Positions 18,469 through 29,699 of a DNA stretch of 64,000 nucleotides are shown here, piece by piece. The DNA comes from Aureliella sp. (lineage in GTDB: Bacteria; Planctomycetota; Planctomycetia; Pirellulales; Pirellulaceae), in assembly GCA_963691875.1 (NCBI GenBank), contig OY829846.1, forward strand, positions 1,216,001-1,280,000, given 5' to 3'. Each line of letters begins with the position of its first letter. Position 1 is the stretch's first letter. Under the pieces are notes generated by a model. That model did no database searches. It was not told the origin of the DNA and saw only the letters and a program-made list of their open reading frames with translations. The position numbers were made by a program, and so were the translations under genes.

Positions 18469-20070
18469 CTAAGTAGCAGTCGGTGGCGTGTACTCGTAAG
18501 GAGCCGAGAAACCGAGCGGAATTCCAATTGCCCAGTAGATGAGCAGGAATATCGTCCAGCAGATCAAGAAGCAAACTGAGTAGGGAATCATCATCGCACC
18601 TACAGTCCCAATCCCTGTACCTTTCACATAACGCTGGCAGAAGACAACAACAAGTGGAAAGTAGGGCATCATTGGCGTGATGATATTTGTCGTGCTGTCG
18701 CCGACGCGGTAAGCACATTGAGTCAACTCAGGGGAGATCCCAAGGAGCATCAGCATGGGGACAAAGATGGGAGCCAACATTGCCCACTTAGCGGATGCGG
18801 AACCGATCAAGAGATTCACGCACGCGGAAAGAAAGATAATTCCTACGATTGTTACCGGTGCGCCAAGTTGAGCTTGCTCCAGGAAGTTCGCACCCTTCAC
18901 TGCAATCAAAATACCGATCTGCGATTCTCGAAATGAAGCGATGAACAGTGCCGCAAAAAACACAAGCACTAAGTAATACCCCATCGACTCCATCACCTTG
19001 GACATACCCTTAATGATATCACGATGCGACTGAAACTTGCCCGATACGTAACCGCAGACAATTCCTGGAATCACAAAGAACAAAAAGATCAACGGGACAA
19101 TCGACGCCATCATGGCGGCCGGTGGTCTGTAAGAGGTGAGTGAACCATTTTCCGCTCGCAATGCTGATGATTCAGGCCAAGCCCAGGCAACCAACAGAGC
19201 GATGCAAACCAGGATTGCGACCAAACCAGCCATCATTCCTCTAAATTCTTGGTCGGTTAATGGCTCCAGCTTCGGCATTTCGTCGGGATCACCATCGATC
19301 ACGGTATCCTTCAAACGCGGTTCGATGACTCGATCTGTCAAGAACCAGCCGACGGCAATGATCAACACCGAAGAAGCGGATGTAAAGAAGAGATTGCACA
19401 GTGGGTTGACTGCAAGATCCTTGTCAATCAGTTCGACGCCTTCTTGTGTCAGACCTTGAAGTAGCGGATCGATTCCAGAAGGAATGAAGTTCGCACTAAA
19501 TCCACCTGAGACTCCCGCAAAGGCTGCTGCGATTCCCGCCAAGGGATGACGCCCTGCCGCGTAGAACATAACGCCACCAATGGGAATAACCAGCACGTAC
19601 CCGGCGTCGGCCGCAGTATGACTCACGATGGCAACGAGGATCAGCAGTGGTGTAAGCAAAATCTTGGGAGCTACAGAAAGCATCGCTTTAAGAACGGAGT
19701 TGATGAAACCGGAGTGCTCAGCGACACCAACACCCAAGAGAGCGACGAGCACAACTCCTAGCGGATGAAACTCGACAAACTCTTTGACCATCCCGGACAG
19801 GAAGGCCGCAAATTGCTCCAGACTGAGCAAATTGACGATTTGAATCGGTTCCGCATTTTCGCCAGGCTCCAACCTGCCCGGTAACACTTCGGTAAACTCA
19901 AAGCTGGACAGAATTGCTGAAAGCCCCCAAACGGCGAACATACCGAAAAGAAAAAGGACTGCGGGATCGGGCAATTTGTTGCCTAACCATTCCAGCCCAT
20001 TCAAAGCTCGAACGATGAATCCTTGTTGTGCTGCGTTAGGTGCGGGGTTGGAGGCGGAAGTGTCAGTCAT
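18469..20070 (-). CDS. abgT: AbgT family transporter
   Basis: EWLGNKLPDP, PLGVVLVALLGVGVAEHSG, GRHPLAGIAAAFAGVSGGFSAN, AYRVGDSTTNIITP. Start refined to ATG 20070. Confidence 0.93.
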   Translation of the reverse strand: MTDTSASNPAPNAAQQGFIVRALNGLEWLGNKLPDPAVLFLFGMFAVWGLSAILSSFEFTEVLPGRLEPGENAEPIQIVNLLSLEQFAAFLSGMVKEFVEFHPLGVVLVALLGVGVAEHSGFINSVLKAMLSVAPKILLTPLLILVAIVSHTAADAGYVLVIPIGGVMFYAAGRHPLAGIAAAFAGVSGGFSANFIPSGIDPLLQGLTQEGVELIDKDLAVNPLCNLFFTSASSVLIIAVGWFLTDRVIEPRLKDTVIDGDPDEMPKLEPLTDQEFRGMMAGLVAILVCIALLVAWAWPESSALRAENGSLTSYRPPAAMMASIVPLIFLFFVIPGIVCGYVSGKFQSHRDIIKGMSKVMESMGYYLVLVFFAALFIASFRESQIGILIAVKGANFLEQAQLGAPVTIVGIIFLSACVNLLIGSASAKWAMLAPIFVPMLMLLGISPELTQCAYRVGDSTTNIITPMMPYFPLVVVFCQRYVKGTGIGTVGAMMIPYSVCFLICWTIFLLIYWAIGIPLGFSAPYEYTPPTAT

Positions 20071-20422
20071 TGGATCGACCTTGCAAGCAGAAGGGAGCAA
20101 GGGCAGACAGGCCCTAGCATCGGAAAAATTGGGAAAGGCTAACATTCTGACGCATTCCAGTTCGCCACACAATGAAGTGACTGGATTGCTTCAAGCCCAC
20201 AAAAATCGTGGTCGATGGCACCATTGTGATGGCGATATTCGAGCAGGCCGAATCAGGTTTTCAAACTATTGGTCGCTGGCTCAACGCCGTGATCCTGCGT
20301 TTTATCGGTTCGGCCTGAAGCCAGCACGTTCGAATTATTTCACCAACTGGGGAAATTTCGACCTACCCTGGTGTATCGCCTCTCTTCTGCGTCCCAGCGT
20401 TGCCCCTCGCTCGATTTCTAAC

Positions 20423-21568
20423 ATGAGTCACAACTCGCAAGTCGAAATTCGAGTGGCGTCATCCGCTGCGGACCGTCTCGCCTTCATTCGGCTACCTTGG
20501 AGTCTTTATGACCAAGACGCATACTGGGTACCGCCCGTCATCGCGGACCAAAAGGAATTCTTAGACCCGAAGCGTGGCAACTTCTTCGAGTACGGCAAAG
20601 CGAAGTTGTTCCTTGCATACCGCGGCGAAAAACTCATCGGGCGAATTTCTGCTCAGACCAACTCACGTTACGAACACATCCATGATCCGAAGAAAGGGTT
20701 CATGGGATTCTTTGAGTGCGAAGACTCCGAAGAAACGGTTCAAGCACTTACCAATGCGGCCGAGGGTTGGCTGAAAGCTCAAGGCAAGACAACCATAGAA
20801 GGTCCGTATAGTTTCTCGATATACGACGAGATCGGTATTCAACTGGATTCCTTCGAGACAGCACCTTACGTAATGACGGTGCACAATCGGCCCTACTATG
20901 CCGCTCTGTTGGAGAGCCAAGGCTACTCCAAACAAGTCGACTGGTATGCGTATCGAGTGACTTACCAAGATTGTTTCGAATCGTTGCCGAAAAAGTACGC
21001 TCGCGTCTACGACCGGGTCATCAAACAAGGCAACATGACGTTGCGTCGAGTTAATGTCGGTAAGGGTTTTACCCGCGATGCGGAGATCATCCAGGATATC
21101 TTCAATGATGCTTGGAACGAAAACTGGGGACACGTGCCGCTGACCGACCGCGAGTTCAGGCGGATCGCAAAATTCTTGCGACTGGTGTCTTGTCCTGAGT
21201 TGTCTCTTATCGCCGAAGTAGACGGGAGGCCAGCCGGCTGCTCCATAGTACTTTACGACGCCAATGAAGTCGTAAAAAAGATGAATGGCAAGCTGTACCC
21301 TTTCGGGTTCCTGAAACTGCTCTGGGGGCTAAAGAAAACCAACCGAGCACGCCTAATCATCATGGGGATGCGAGAACAGTATCGTGGCAAGGGCTACGAC
21401 TTAGGATTCTATTTGCATCTTATCGAGCAAAGCCAAGGTTTGAATCTAAACGAACTTGAGCTGTCGGTCGTAGTTGAAACCAATCGGGCGTTGCTTCAAA
21501 CACTCGATAAGCTTCCAGGCGTCGAACGATATAAGACGTATCGCATTTTTCAGAAATCTCTCGCCTGA
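20423..21568 (+). CDS. Tandem-GNAT N-acyltransferase, YghO / bacterial ceramide synthase-like
   Basis: FIRLPWSLY..D.YWVPP, FLAYRGEKLIGRISA, GFMGFFEC, HNRPYY, FNDAWNENWGHVP, YRGKG, YKTYRIF. Start refined to ATG 20423. Confidence 0.8.
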   Translation: MSHNSQVEIRVASSAADRLAFIRLPWSLYDQDAYWVPPVIADQKEFLDPKRGNFFEYGKAKLFLAYRGEKLIGRISAQTNSRYEHIHDPKKGFMGFFECEDSEETVQALTNAAEGWLKAQGKTTIEGPYSFSIYDEIGIQLDSFETAPYVMTVHNRPYYAALLESQGYSKQVDWYAYRVTYQDCFESLPKKYARVYDRVIKQGNMTLRRVNVGKGFTRDAEIIQDIFNDAWNENWGHVPLTDREFRRIAKFLRLVSCPELSLIAEVDGRPAGCSIVLYDANEVVKKMNGKLYPFGFLKLLWGLKKTNRARLIIMGMREQYRGKGYDLGFYLHLIEQSQGLNLNELELSVVVETNRALLQTLDKLPGVERYKTYRIFQKSLA

Positions 21569-21778
21569 AAACGGATCGCTTTCTGGTTTTCGGGCTCGTA
21601 AGGCGTCGAGGAATACTTTTCTTCAGGCCCGGTTTGTCGAATCTTCTCCGCGAGAGTCGGGCGGCTGCGGAATCTTGCCAGCAGCTGGAACTGCTTTCGC
21701 ATTGCACAATGTGACGAAACTCGTTTTAGCTAAAGCCCCAACTTCATGGAGCGGCGAAAGCCTGCACTCCAGCGCGCG

Positions 21779-21820
21779 AAAAAAGGCTGATTCGCAAGCA
21801 GCAATGCTTACGAACCAGCC
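21779..21820 (-). terminator. Rho-independent terminator of the HU-lipoprotein operon
   Basis: Minus strand GGCTGGTTCGTAAGCA-TTGC-TGCTTGCGAATCAGCC-TTTTTT: a 16 bp stem with 2 G-U pairs plus a U6 tail. Confidence 0.85.
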
Positions 21821-21871
21821 CAAATATATGATGTCGTGTTGGGTCAGTGGCTGTCCATCGACCTGAACGGC

Positions 21872-22090
21872 TTAGATAACGCCGCCGTGCACACGGTAAG
21901 GCGTCATGTGGTCAGGCTGATCGACCATCCAGAAACGTTCCCATTCCTGCAGAAGCAAACGCAGGTTTTCGGACGTGTATACCAACTGTTCCGCCCGTCG
22001 CTCGGGGTTCGCAGAATAGATGGGAATAGCACAACCTACACTTGTAGACATGCAACCCAAGAGTAAAGCAGCACAAATCCAGCGTCGCAT
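21872..22090 (-). CDS. Small planctomycete lipoprotein of unknown function
   Basis: GGAG RBS then MRRWICAALLLGCMSTSVGC lipobox-like signal; EWERFW..DQP.HMTP.RVHGG C-terminus. Confidence 0.8.
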   Translation of the reverse strand: MRRWICAALLLGCMSTSVGCAIPIYSANPERRAEQLVYTSENLRLLLQEWERFWMVDQPDHMTPYRVHGGVI

Positions 22091-22164
22091 TCTAGCTCCT
22101 CCGTGAACAAAATCGGCCAATCCCTTGGCACTTAAATTGAGCAATATGTTTTCCAGCCAATTCC

Positions 22165-22563
22165 TCAAGATGTGCTTGGAGGATTTGAGCTGTCATCATT
22201 TGATAGTTGAGGAAAGGTGCGATCCATACTGGTGGTTCGCGGCCCCTCGTTCATATGCATTTCCGCTTTGCGGTTCGCCGCGTCTTCAAGCTCCTGGACG
22301 CGAGCTTCCATCTCTTTCCCAGGCTTAAAAGTCACGACAAACTTCTCAGGCACGTCAACTTGCCGACCAGTGCGTGGATTGCGAGCCTTACGCGCTTTGC
22401 GACTCTTGACCTGGAATACGCCAAAGTTGCGAAGCTCAACCCGCTTTTCGTCCAGTAATGTTTCGACAATGCCATCAAAGGTAAGCTGCACAATCTCTTT
22501 TATTTGGAGCTGTGTCAGCCCAGTCTTATCTGAAATCGATTTAACGATCTCTTTCTTGGTCAC
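22165..22563 (-). CDS. HU/IHF family nucleoid protein with C-terminal tail
   Basis: TKKEIV...[37 protein letters not shown] start at 22563. Confidence 0.95.
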   Translation of the reverse strand: MTKKEIVKSISDKTGLTQLQIKEIVQLTFDGIVETLLDEKRVELRNFGVFQVKSRKARKARNPRTGRQVDVPEKFVVTFKPGKEMEARVQELEDAANRKAEMHMNEGPRTTSMDRTFPQLSNDDSSNPPSTS

Positions 22564-22632
22564 TTCATTTCGCTCCAGCGAAGGTCTCGCAAACGCCATA
22601 AGTCATTTGCGGGCAACAACTTAATATCGCTG

Positions 22633-22661
22633 AGGATAATGGTCACCAATTGATGCGTCAA
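22633..22661 (-). promoter_or_regulatory. Sigma70-type promoter for the HU gene
   Basis: Minus strand TTGACG-N17-TATCCT, about 70 bp upstream of the start. Confidence 0.6.
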
Positions 22662-22869
22662 GGTCCTCAAGCCATGTTTAGGCCCCTCTGGGGCCTCGCC
22701 CACTGCCGCTAGAATCTATTCGCACACTGCTGTAATCGTCAGCACAGGCCGCAAACTTTATAGAATCCGACCATTCCCTGCCTCCGTCGCCACGCGAAAG
22801 ATCCAATCGTTCGCAACTTGGCAATTACCTTTCCAGCACGCATCTCGAAGTCCAACCAAGTAGCCTATC

Positions 22870-25209
22870 TTGACCAGCTTTGCTAATGACGAGCGATTTC
22901 TTCGGCTGTCGCGTTGGGCTGCCTTCTTCCTGGGACTAATTCTCCCAGCAGTTGGCTACTGGGCCGCTCAGCTAAGGGTAGGAACAACCTTTGTTGAAGC
23001 ATGGCTGCCAGGCAACGACGTGGCCCGAACCAAGTATCGAGAGTTCCGAAAGCAATTCGGGGAAGATCAATACTTAATCGTGAGTTGGCCAAGTTGCACG
23101 ATCTCGGACCCGCGATTGCTGAAGATGAACGAGCAATTGCTTCTGCTCGCCTCCACGCATCCTGAACTTCATATCTCCAGCATTGGCAATTCCCAGGCGT
23201 TACTCAGCACGATGGTCGACTCGCTGAGCAGTGCAACAAAAGACCAACGACGCGTTCTAACGCTCGCCAAGAATAGACTGCGTGGAATTGCATTGGGCAA
23301 GAACGACGAAGCCTTTGTTTCGCTGGCACTGGCCCAAGCGGAAGTAGAGACGAGAGCTGATTTGGTTGAGCACATTCGCCGTATCGGCAAGGAGATCCTC
23401 GGCGACGAGAAACTGATCTTGGCTGGCGAGCCATTTCAGATTCATATAATCGATAAGTCAAGTCGCGAAACGATGCGAAGGCTAGTTCCGCCCTCTGCAT
23501 GCGTCGCCATGTTCATTGCTTGGCTCTGCATTCGCCACGTTTCGCTTACCTTAATTGTTATGGGGTTTGCCGGTCTCGGGCAACTGATGGGAATGGCTGC
23601 GGTAAGCCTATTCGTCGGCGAGATGGCTGTGGTGCTCGTCGTACTACCAACACTGGTCTTCATGCTCACGCTTTCAGCCAGCGTGCATCTCGCCAGCTAC
23701 TTTGTTCGCGCTGACCAAAGAGATTCTAGCTCGGCTGGAGTTCAGACCGTTCGCCTTGGCGGCTGGCCTTGTTCCCTCGCGAGTCTTACGACTGCGATTG
23801 GATTCGGCTCACTTGCCGCTAGCCAACTAGCTCCTGTTTGGCGATTCGGTTCCCTGTCTGCCATCTCTTTGATCGCCACCACAGCTTTGACACTCTCAGC
23901 TTTTCCCTACGTCTCTCAGCGTTTTGCCAAACTGACACTGTGGAAGCGAAAAACCACGGAAGATGCTGAGCAAACATTGAATGGTCAAGGTTCCACGACA
24001 CTTGCTGCTGCTGCGAACACGATTGCGGACTTCACCAATAAATTCAGCTTACGTATCAGTTTGATCGGAATCTTAGTTCTGGTGCTCAGCAGCCTTGGAC
24101 TTGGGCGTTTGAAAACCTCGACTGAATTCCAGCATATGTTTCCGCCAGAAAGCGAAGCTGTCGAGAGCTTGCTTTGGGTCCGAGAACACCTAGGTCCGCT
24201 TGAGTCGCTTGAAGTCTTGGTCAGCTTGCCACATGCAAAAGACGAGGGAGTCGACTTCGACGAGCTGCTACTTCTTGAGGAGCTACAAACTCAGCTCGCT
24301 ACGCTTACGGGAGTTGACTCTGTGTTCTCAGTCAGCAGTTTCCTGCCCCCATTGCCACGCCAAGGCGGACTTAGCAGCACCGTTCGGAAGACGCTCGTTC
24401 GCAAGAAAGTGGAATCGCAGCTCTCAGAACTAAAGGCACGCGGCCTTTTCTCGAACGAAAACAATCGAAACACGTGGCGGTTTACCTTACGTTTGAGAGA
24501 AACGCAACATCTAAGCTTCGTAGAAGTGCGAGCGGAACTTGACGATCGCGTTCAATCAATCCTAAAAGATTCTGCTGCCGCTGCTTCCTTGAAAAACCGA
24601 TTTAAACCACCACTCGGCTACGAAGTGACCGGCCTGCGAAGCATTGTGGATAAAGCTCACTATGCTTTGATCTCCGATTTGGTCACCAGCTTCGCCGCAG
24701 CATTTTTGCTCATCACTCCCATTATGATGTGGATCGCAGGCGGCGTCATTCGAGGCCTAGTTTTGATGATTCCGAATGTTCTCCCCGTAGCCCTTGTGTT
24801 TGGTATCATGGGCTGGGCTGGTGTGAAACTGGATGTGGCAAGCATCCTGACCGCCAGCGTGGCACTTGGGATCGCAGTGGATGACACCTTACACTTCGTG
24901 ATTGCATTTTTGCGGCGAAGGCAATCTGGCGATAGTCCGGATGCGGCTACACACTACGCAATCGCCGTGTGCGCTAAACCCATGTTGCAAACGACGCTGA
25001 TCTGCTCGGCGGCGATGTCACCGTTTTTCTTCAGCGACTTTCTGCCAACTAGCAAGTTCGCCTTACTGATGATCCTAATCCTATCCGGTGCAATCGTAGG
25101 AGACTTGTTACTCCTTCCGGCGATACTGCAGAGTCCTTGGGGACGAAACATTGGCATGAAAGGGCGTAAGAATCAAATTGGGATCGAAGAGGGCGAGGCG
25201 CCAAGCTAA
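22870..25209 (+). CDS. MMPL/RND family transporter
   Basis: Two TM bundles; LASLTTAIGFGSL and ASVALGIAVDDTLHF motifs. Confidence 0.9.
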   Translation: MTSFANDERFLRLSRWAAFFLGLILPAVGYWAAQLRVGTTFVEAWLPGNDVARTKYREFRKQFGEDQYLIVSWPSCTISDPRLLKMNEQLLLLASTHPELHISSIGNSQALLSTMVDSLSSATKDQRRVLTLAKNRLRGIALGKNDEAFVSLALAQAEVETRADLVEHIRRIGKEILGDEKLILAGEPFQIHIIDKSSRETMRRLVPPSACVAMFIAWLCIRHVSLTLIVMGFAGLGQLMGMAAVSLFVGEMAVVLVVLPTLVFMLTLSASVHLASYFVRADQRDSSSAGVQTVRLGGWPCSLASLTTAIGFGSLAASQLAPVWRFGSLSAISLIATTALTLSAFPYVSQRFAKLTLWKRKTTEDAEQTLNGQGSTTLAAAANTIADFTNKFSLRISLIGILVLVLSSLGLGRLKTSTEFQHMFPPESEAVESLLWVREHLGPLESLEVLVSLPHAKDEGVDFDELLLLEELQTQLATLTGVDSVFSVSSFLPPLPRQGGLSSTVRKTLVRKKVESQLSELKARGLFSNENNRNTWRFTLRLRETQHLSFVEVRAELDDRVQSILKDSAAAASLKNRFKPPLGYEVTGLRSIVDKAHYALISDLVTSFAAAFLLITPIMMWIAGGVIRGLVLMIPNVLPVALVFGIMGWAGVKLDVASILTASVALGIAVDDTLHFVIAFLRRRQSGDSPDAATHYAIAVCAKPMLQTTLICSAAMSPFFFSDFLPTSKFALLMILILSGAIVGDLLLLPAILQSPWGRNIGMKGRKNQIGIEEGEAPS

Positions 25210-25253
25210 GCTCTTGGTCTGCTGCGCCGCATTTTCTTCTTCTCTCTAGCGTT

Positions 25254-28200
25254 TTGATGAACGACCCGAATTCAACGAAACCTGCTGACAAAAAGCCTGT
25301 TGCCAAAGCTTGGATCGACGTAGGTGGGACTTTCACCGACTGCTTCGTCCTCCTCGGCAAATCGGACCTTCGCAGTTGCAAGCTTCTTAGCAGTGGCCGC
25401 GTTCCGATTTCAATTGAAAGCTCATCGCGAGTCGGGACGAAAAGCTACCTTCAGTCGCGGGAAGTCAGGCAAGACACTCCTGATTTCTGGACCGGCGCGC
25501 GTCTACGCGTTTTGGATGCAGAACAGACAGAGCTGGCGCATCTCACTGTGCTGGCTTTTCAACCGTCGGAAAGCGGCCCGTTCCACTTGTTGCTCGATGG
25601 CCAACTCCCTGAGGGGGGCTCGCACTTCGAACTCGACGCTGGCCTGGAAGCACCCGTGCTTGGAATCCGCCGCTTGCTTGGAGTCCCAATTCAAGAATCC
25701 TTGCCGCCGCTTAAAGTGAGTCTCGGAACGACTCGTGGCACCAACGCACTGCTAACGCGCACTGGAGCTAGTACGGTGTTTGCAGTGACTGCTCCCTTCC
25801 GCGATCTCATGACCATTGGCGACCAGACGCGCAATGACCTTTTTGCCCTCGACATCGAGAAGCCAAAGCCGCTGGCCGAATCGGTTATCGAGATTCACGA
25901 GCGACTGGACGCCGATGGTAAAGTGCTACTCGAGCTCGACGAAGAGGCTGCTGCCGCGACTCTGAAGGAAGCCTTTGAGCGAGGGCGAACATCCCTTGCG
26001 ATCTGCTTGATGCACTCTTATGCAAATCCAGCACATGAACAACGAATCAAAGAACTCGCGCAGCAAGTAGGCTTTCAAAACATAAGCGTATCCTCGCAGC
26101 TCGCTCCGCTAATCGAAATTATAGCGCGGGCCCAGACGACGATCGTCGATGCTTACTTGAGCCCGATCATCCGTCAGTACCTGAGAGACTTGCTGCAGCA
26201 GTGCGGCGGAGAGCAAAATGTAGATCTACAAGTGATGACCAGCGCTGGTGGCATGGTTCCTTGGCAGAGTTATTCGGGCAAGGACTCGATACTTTCCGGG
26301 CCTGCGGGCGGCGTGCGGGCGCTTCAGGCTTTGGCTGCCGCGCACGGCGTGGCGGAAGTCATCGGGCTCGACATGGGAGGAACGAGCACGGATGTTTGCC
26401 GTGTCGCCAAAGAGCCGGAGATCCAGTATGAATCTCGCAAGGCAGGTGTTCGACTGCTAACACCAACTCTTCCGATCGAAACCGTCGCGGCCGGCGGAGG
26501 ATCAATCTGTTGGTTCGACGGAGTATCACTACGAGTCGGACCGCAAAGTGCAGGTTCTATGCCCGGCCCCGCATGCTATGGTCGTGGCGGCCCGCTGACC
26601 GTAACAGATCTAAACGTTTACCTGAAAAGAGTGCCAACCGACCAGTTCCCTTTCCCTGTGCATCTACACGCAATCGAAGAAAGACTAGAAGAGTTGCTGG
26701 CGCAAACTCGCAGCGTGGCCAATTTTGGAACGAAGCAAGCCCTTTGCCAAGGTCTCCGCAAGATTGCGAATGAACAAATGGCTGAGGCCGTTCGCAGCGT
26801 CTCCATCGCTCAAGGAGCCGACCCACGTCGAAGCACTCTCGTGGGATTCGGTGGAGCTGCAGGACAGCACATTTGCGAGATCGCCGAATCCTTGGAGATA
26901 GCTTCGATACTGGACTATCCACACGCGGGCCTGCTAAGCGCACTAGGAATGGGCCTCGCCAAACCAAGATGTGATGCCACACTACCTGTCTATTCACTAC
27001 TCGGCGACTTGGATTGGGAAGCACTTGACACGCGCTTGAACACCTCTTTGCAAGAGCTAGTGAGACCCAACAGCCCCGGAAACTCCCTGTCAGAGCAATC
27101 GACGACAGAAGTCTGGCTGGAGATGCGATATCAAGGAACCGAGTCGAGCTTGCGAGTCGCCTTCCACACGAAAATGGCAGAAAAAGCCGAGAGACAACTT
27201 GCAGAAGCTTTTCACCACTTGCACCAAGCGCGCTTTGGCTACCGCCGCAAGGAGCATCCAATTGAACTCGTTGCCATCCGTTTTGAAAACACAGCCCAAG
27301 CTGCCTGGACTCTAGAAACGGCGATAACGGATCCCGAGTCGGAGATCCGTACCTTCACTAAACGAGACAGCTACGAGCGAGACTCGCTGAAGTCTGGTGA
27401 CGTCATCTTGGGACCTTGTGTTGTTTGCAATTCCGGATCGACACTTTATCTAGCAGCAGGCTGGAAAGCGACGTGTCGCCGCGACGGAAGCCTTTTCCTC
27501 GAAACGACCGACGACAGCAGCGCAACTGACGAAACTAACGTCCCCGCCGAGAGCGATCAGTCCGCCGACGTGGTATTCCGCGACTGCTACGCTGCTCGGC
27601 TGAGCGCTATCGCAACTCAGATGGGGCTTGTCTTGCAACAGACTGCGGTTAGCGTAAACGTCAAACAACGGCGTGATTATAGCTGTGCAGTATTCGACTC
27701 AAGCGGAATGCTACTGGCCAATGCGCCGCACGTTCCAGTGCACCTCGGCGCGATGGGACAAACGGTCCGAGCTACGATGGACGCGTTTCCAGAAATGCAA
27801 TCGGGCGACGTTTTCGTCACCAACGATCCGTATCAAGGCGGTTCGCACTTACCGGATTTAACAGTCATCACTCCGGTTTTCTGTTCTGAAAAATCCTCGC
27901 CAGTGATGTTTGTTGCCAACCGCGCCCATCATGCCGATGTCGGTGGTATTTCTCCAGGCTCGATGTCCACTCAAGCAACTAGACTAGGGCAAGAAGGTGC
28001 TGTGATCGCGCCAATGCATTTATATGCCGCTGGGGAAAGTCGCCTTTTGGACTTTCGAGAATTCCTTATGTCTGCGTCTCACCCACCGCGTAATGTCGAG
28101 GAGAACCTCGCCGACATTGGAGCCCAATGTGCTGCGAATGAAAGGGGGCTGGAGTTGCTGGAACAGTACGCAGCTTCCGAATCGTGGGCCCGACTCAACG

Positions 28201-29105
28201 ACTACGCCGAGCACTTGCTGGCTGCAGCCGAGCAGCGTGTCATTAAATTCTTACAAGAGCACAAGCTTCAGAAGTCACAGTTCAAAGACGAACTCGACGA
28301 TGGTTCGCGCATCTGCGTTACTCTCACTCCATCGTCCGAAGGTCGTCTAAAAGTCGACTTCACCGGCACCTCGCAAGAAAACGCAGGAAACTTCAACGCG
28401 AATCCTTCTATCGTAAGTGCCGGGACCATTTACGTGATTCGTTGCCTGATTGGGGACGACATGCCACTAAACGAAGGCGTCCTGCGAGCAGTCGAACTCA
28501 CCATTCCGCCTGGATTATTGAACCCCAGGCCTGCACCAGAGCGGAACAATAGTCCTGCGGTAGCAGCCGGCAATGTCGAGACCTCGCAGCGAGTAGTCGA
28601 TGTTTTGCTAGGAGCTCTGGGAGCAGCAGCAGCTTCACAAGGTACTATGAACAACTTGTTATTTGGCAACGAGCACTTTGGTTTTTATGAAACCATTTGT
28701 GGAGGCAGCGGAGCCACAGCCAATCGCTCGGGTGCTCACTGTGTTCATACTCATATGACTAACACACGGCTTACCGACCCGGAAGTGTTGGAAAAACGCT
28801 ATCCGATTCGGCTGATCGCGTGTGCGCAACGCGTAGGAAGCGGCGGTGCTGGAGCCCAACGCGGAGGCGACGGATTGATTCGTGAGATAGAATTTCTTGA
28901 ACACGTGAGCGTCTCTCTGCTGATGTCGAGACGCAGCACACAACCATTTGGCTTGCAAGGTGGCGGCAGCGGTGCAGCAGGTGAGAATCGTCTCACCTCG
29001 GTCGAAGGCAACTCCAGCCTGGATGGCTGTTGCAACTTTGAAGCACAGCCGGGCGATCGACTTCAAATTAAAACACCCGGCGGCGGTGGCCTCGGATACG
29101 ACTGA
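25254..29105 (+). CDS. oplA: ATP-dependent 5-oxoprolinase (fused hydantoinase A/B)
   Basis: [74 protein letters not shown]. Confidence 0.93.
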   Translation: MMNDPNSTKPADKKPVAKAWIDVGGTFTDCFVLLGKSDLRSCKLLSSGRVPISIESSSRVGTKSYLQSREVRQDTPDFWTGARLRVLDAEQTELAHLTVLAFQPSESGPFHLLLDGQLPEGGSHFELDAGLEAPVLGIRRLLGVPIQESLPPLKVSLGTTRGTNALLTRTGASTVFAVTAPFRDLMTIGDQTRNDLFALDIEKPKPLAESVIEIHERLDADGKVLLELDEEAAAATLKEAFERGRTSLAICLMHSYANPAHEQRIKELAQQVGFQNISVSSQLAPLIEIIARAQTTIVDAYLSPIIRQYLRDLLQQCGGEQNVDLQVMTSAGGMVPWQSYSGKDSILSGPAGGVRALQALAAAHGVAEVIGLDMGGTSTDVCRVAKEPEIQYESRKAGVRLLTPTLPIETVAAGGGSICWFDGVSLRVGPQSAGSMPGPACYGRGGPLTVTDLNVYLKRVPTDQFPFPVHLHAIEERLEELLAQTRSVANFGTKQALCQGLRKIANEQMAEAVRSVSIAQGADPRRSTLVGFGGAAGQHICEIAESLEIASILDYPHAGLLSALGMGLAKPRCDATLPVYSLLGDLDWEALDTRLNTSLQELVRPNSPGNSLSEQSTTEVWLEMRYQGTESSLRVAFHTKMAEKAERQLAEAFHHLHQARFGYRRKEHPIELVAIRFENTAQAAWTLETAITDPESEIRTFTKRDSYERDSLKSGDVILGPCVVCNSGSTLYLAAGWKATCRRDGSLFLETTDDSSATDETNVPAESDQSADVVFRDCYAARLSAIATQMGLVLQQTAVSVNVKQRRDYSCAVFDSSGMLLANAPHVPVHLGAMGQTVRATMDAFPEMQSGDVFVTNDPYQGGSHLPDLTVITPVFCSEKSSPVMFVANRAHHADVGGISPGSMSTQATRLGQEGAVIAPMHLYAAGESRLLDFREFLMSASHPPRNVEENLADIGAQCAANERGLELLEQYAASESWARLNDYAEHLLAAAEQRVIKFLQEHKLQKSQFKDELDDGSRICVTLTPSSEGRLKVDFTGTSQENAGNFNANPSIVSAGTIYVIRCLIGDDMPLNEGVLRAVELTIPPGLLNPRPAPERNNSPAVAAGNVETSQRVVDVLLGALGAAAASQGTMNNLLFGNEHFGFYETICGGSGATANRSGAHCVHTHMTNTRLTDPEVLEKRYPIRLIACAQRVGSGGAGAQRGGDGLIREIEFLEHVSVSLLMSRRSTQPFGLQGGGSGAAGENRLTSVEGNSSLDGCCNFEAQPGDRLQIKTPGGGGLGYD

Positions 29106-29182
29106 GCTACGCGGTGACGACACAACGTGAATTGCCATCTAGCAGGTTAACGCTTGCAGAAGAGAAACGCGAATAAACAACT

Positions 29183-29515
29183 ATGGAACTTGAACCCTGG
29201 ATCTTGATTCTTGGTGAAGCATCCGAGACATCCGTGGCTACTTGGTCGCCCGATGGGTCTGCCAGCCCGGCAATCGCCTTGTTCTCTACTCGTGCAAAGG
29301 CTGACTGCTATGCCGAGCACCATTGCCCCGATACGTTCAGCAGTGTCCAGCTGCAACGTCCAGAGTTGCTTCAGGTGCTGATTGACGCTTATCGAAACGA
29401 AATGCGTCACGCGGTCCTAGATCCAGCTGCCAGTCAGGCAGGCCAATTGTTCCAGCTCGACCAAGTACTGAAAGCTGCCAAAGAAGAACTTCGGAACCAA
29501 TCTCTGGATAGCTAG
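29183..29515 (+). CDS. Hypothetical protein
   Basis: 110 aa ATG-started ORF with protein-like composition, downstream of the oxoprolinase. Confidence 0.65.
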   Translation: MELEPWILILGEASETSVATWSPDGSASPAIALFSTRAKADCYAEHHCPDTFSSVQLQRPELLQVLIDAYRNEMRHAVLDPAASQAGQLFQLDQVLKAAKEELRNQSLDS

Positions 29516-29699
29516 ACTCTTGATTAAGCGGAATCCCCGTAGCATCCAGTGTCAGAGCGAGAACCTGGAAGAAACGAGGGCTCCCCCTTGTCGCTCACTC
29601 GTTCTTCCAATTTGCGAAAGCCAGTCAAAGCTTCAGTGTGTTGGCCTTCCTCTCTCAACGTACGCAAGTCTTTTTGTGATTCAACGCTGTACTCGCCTC

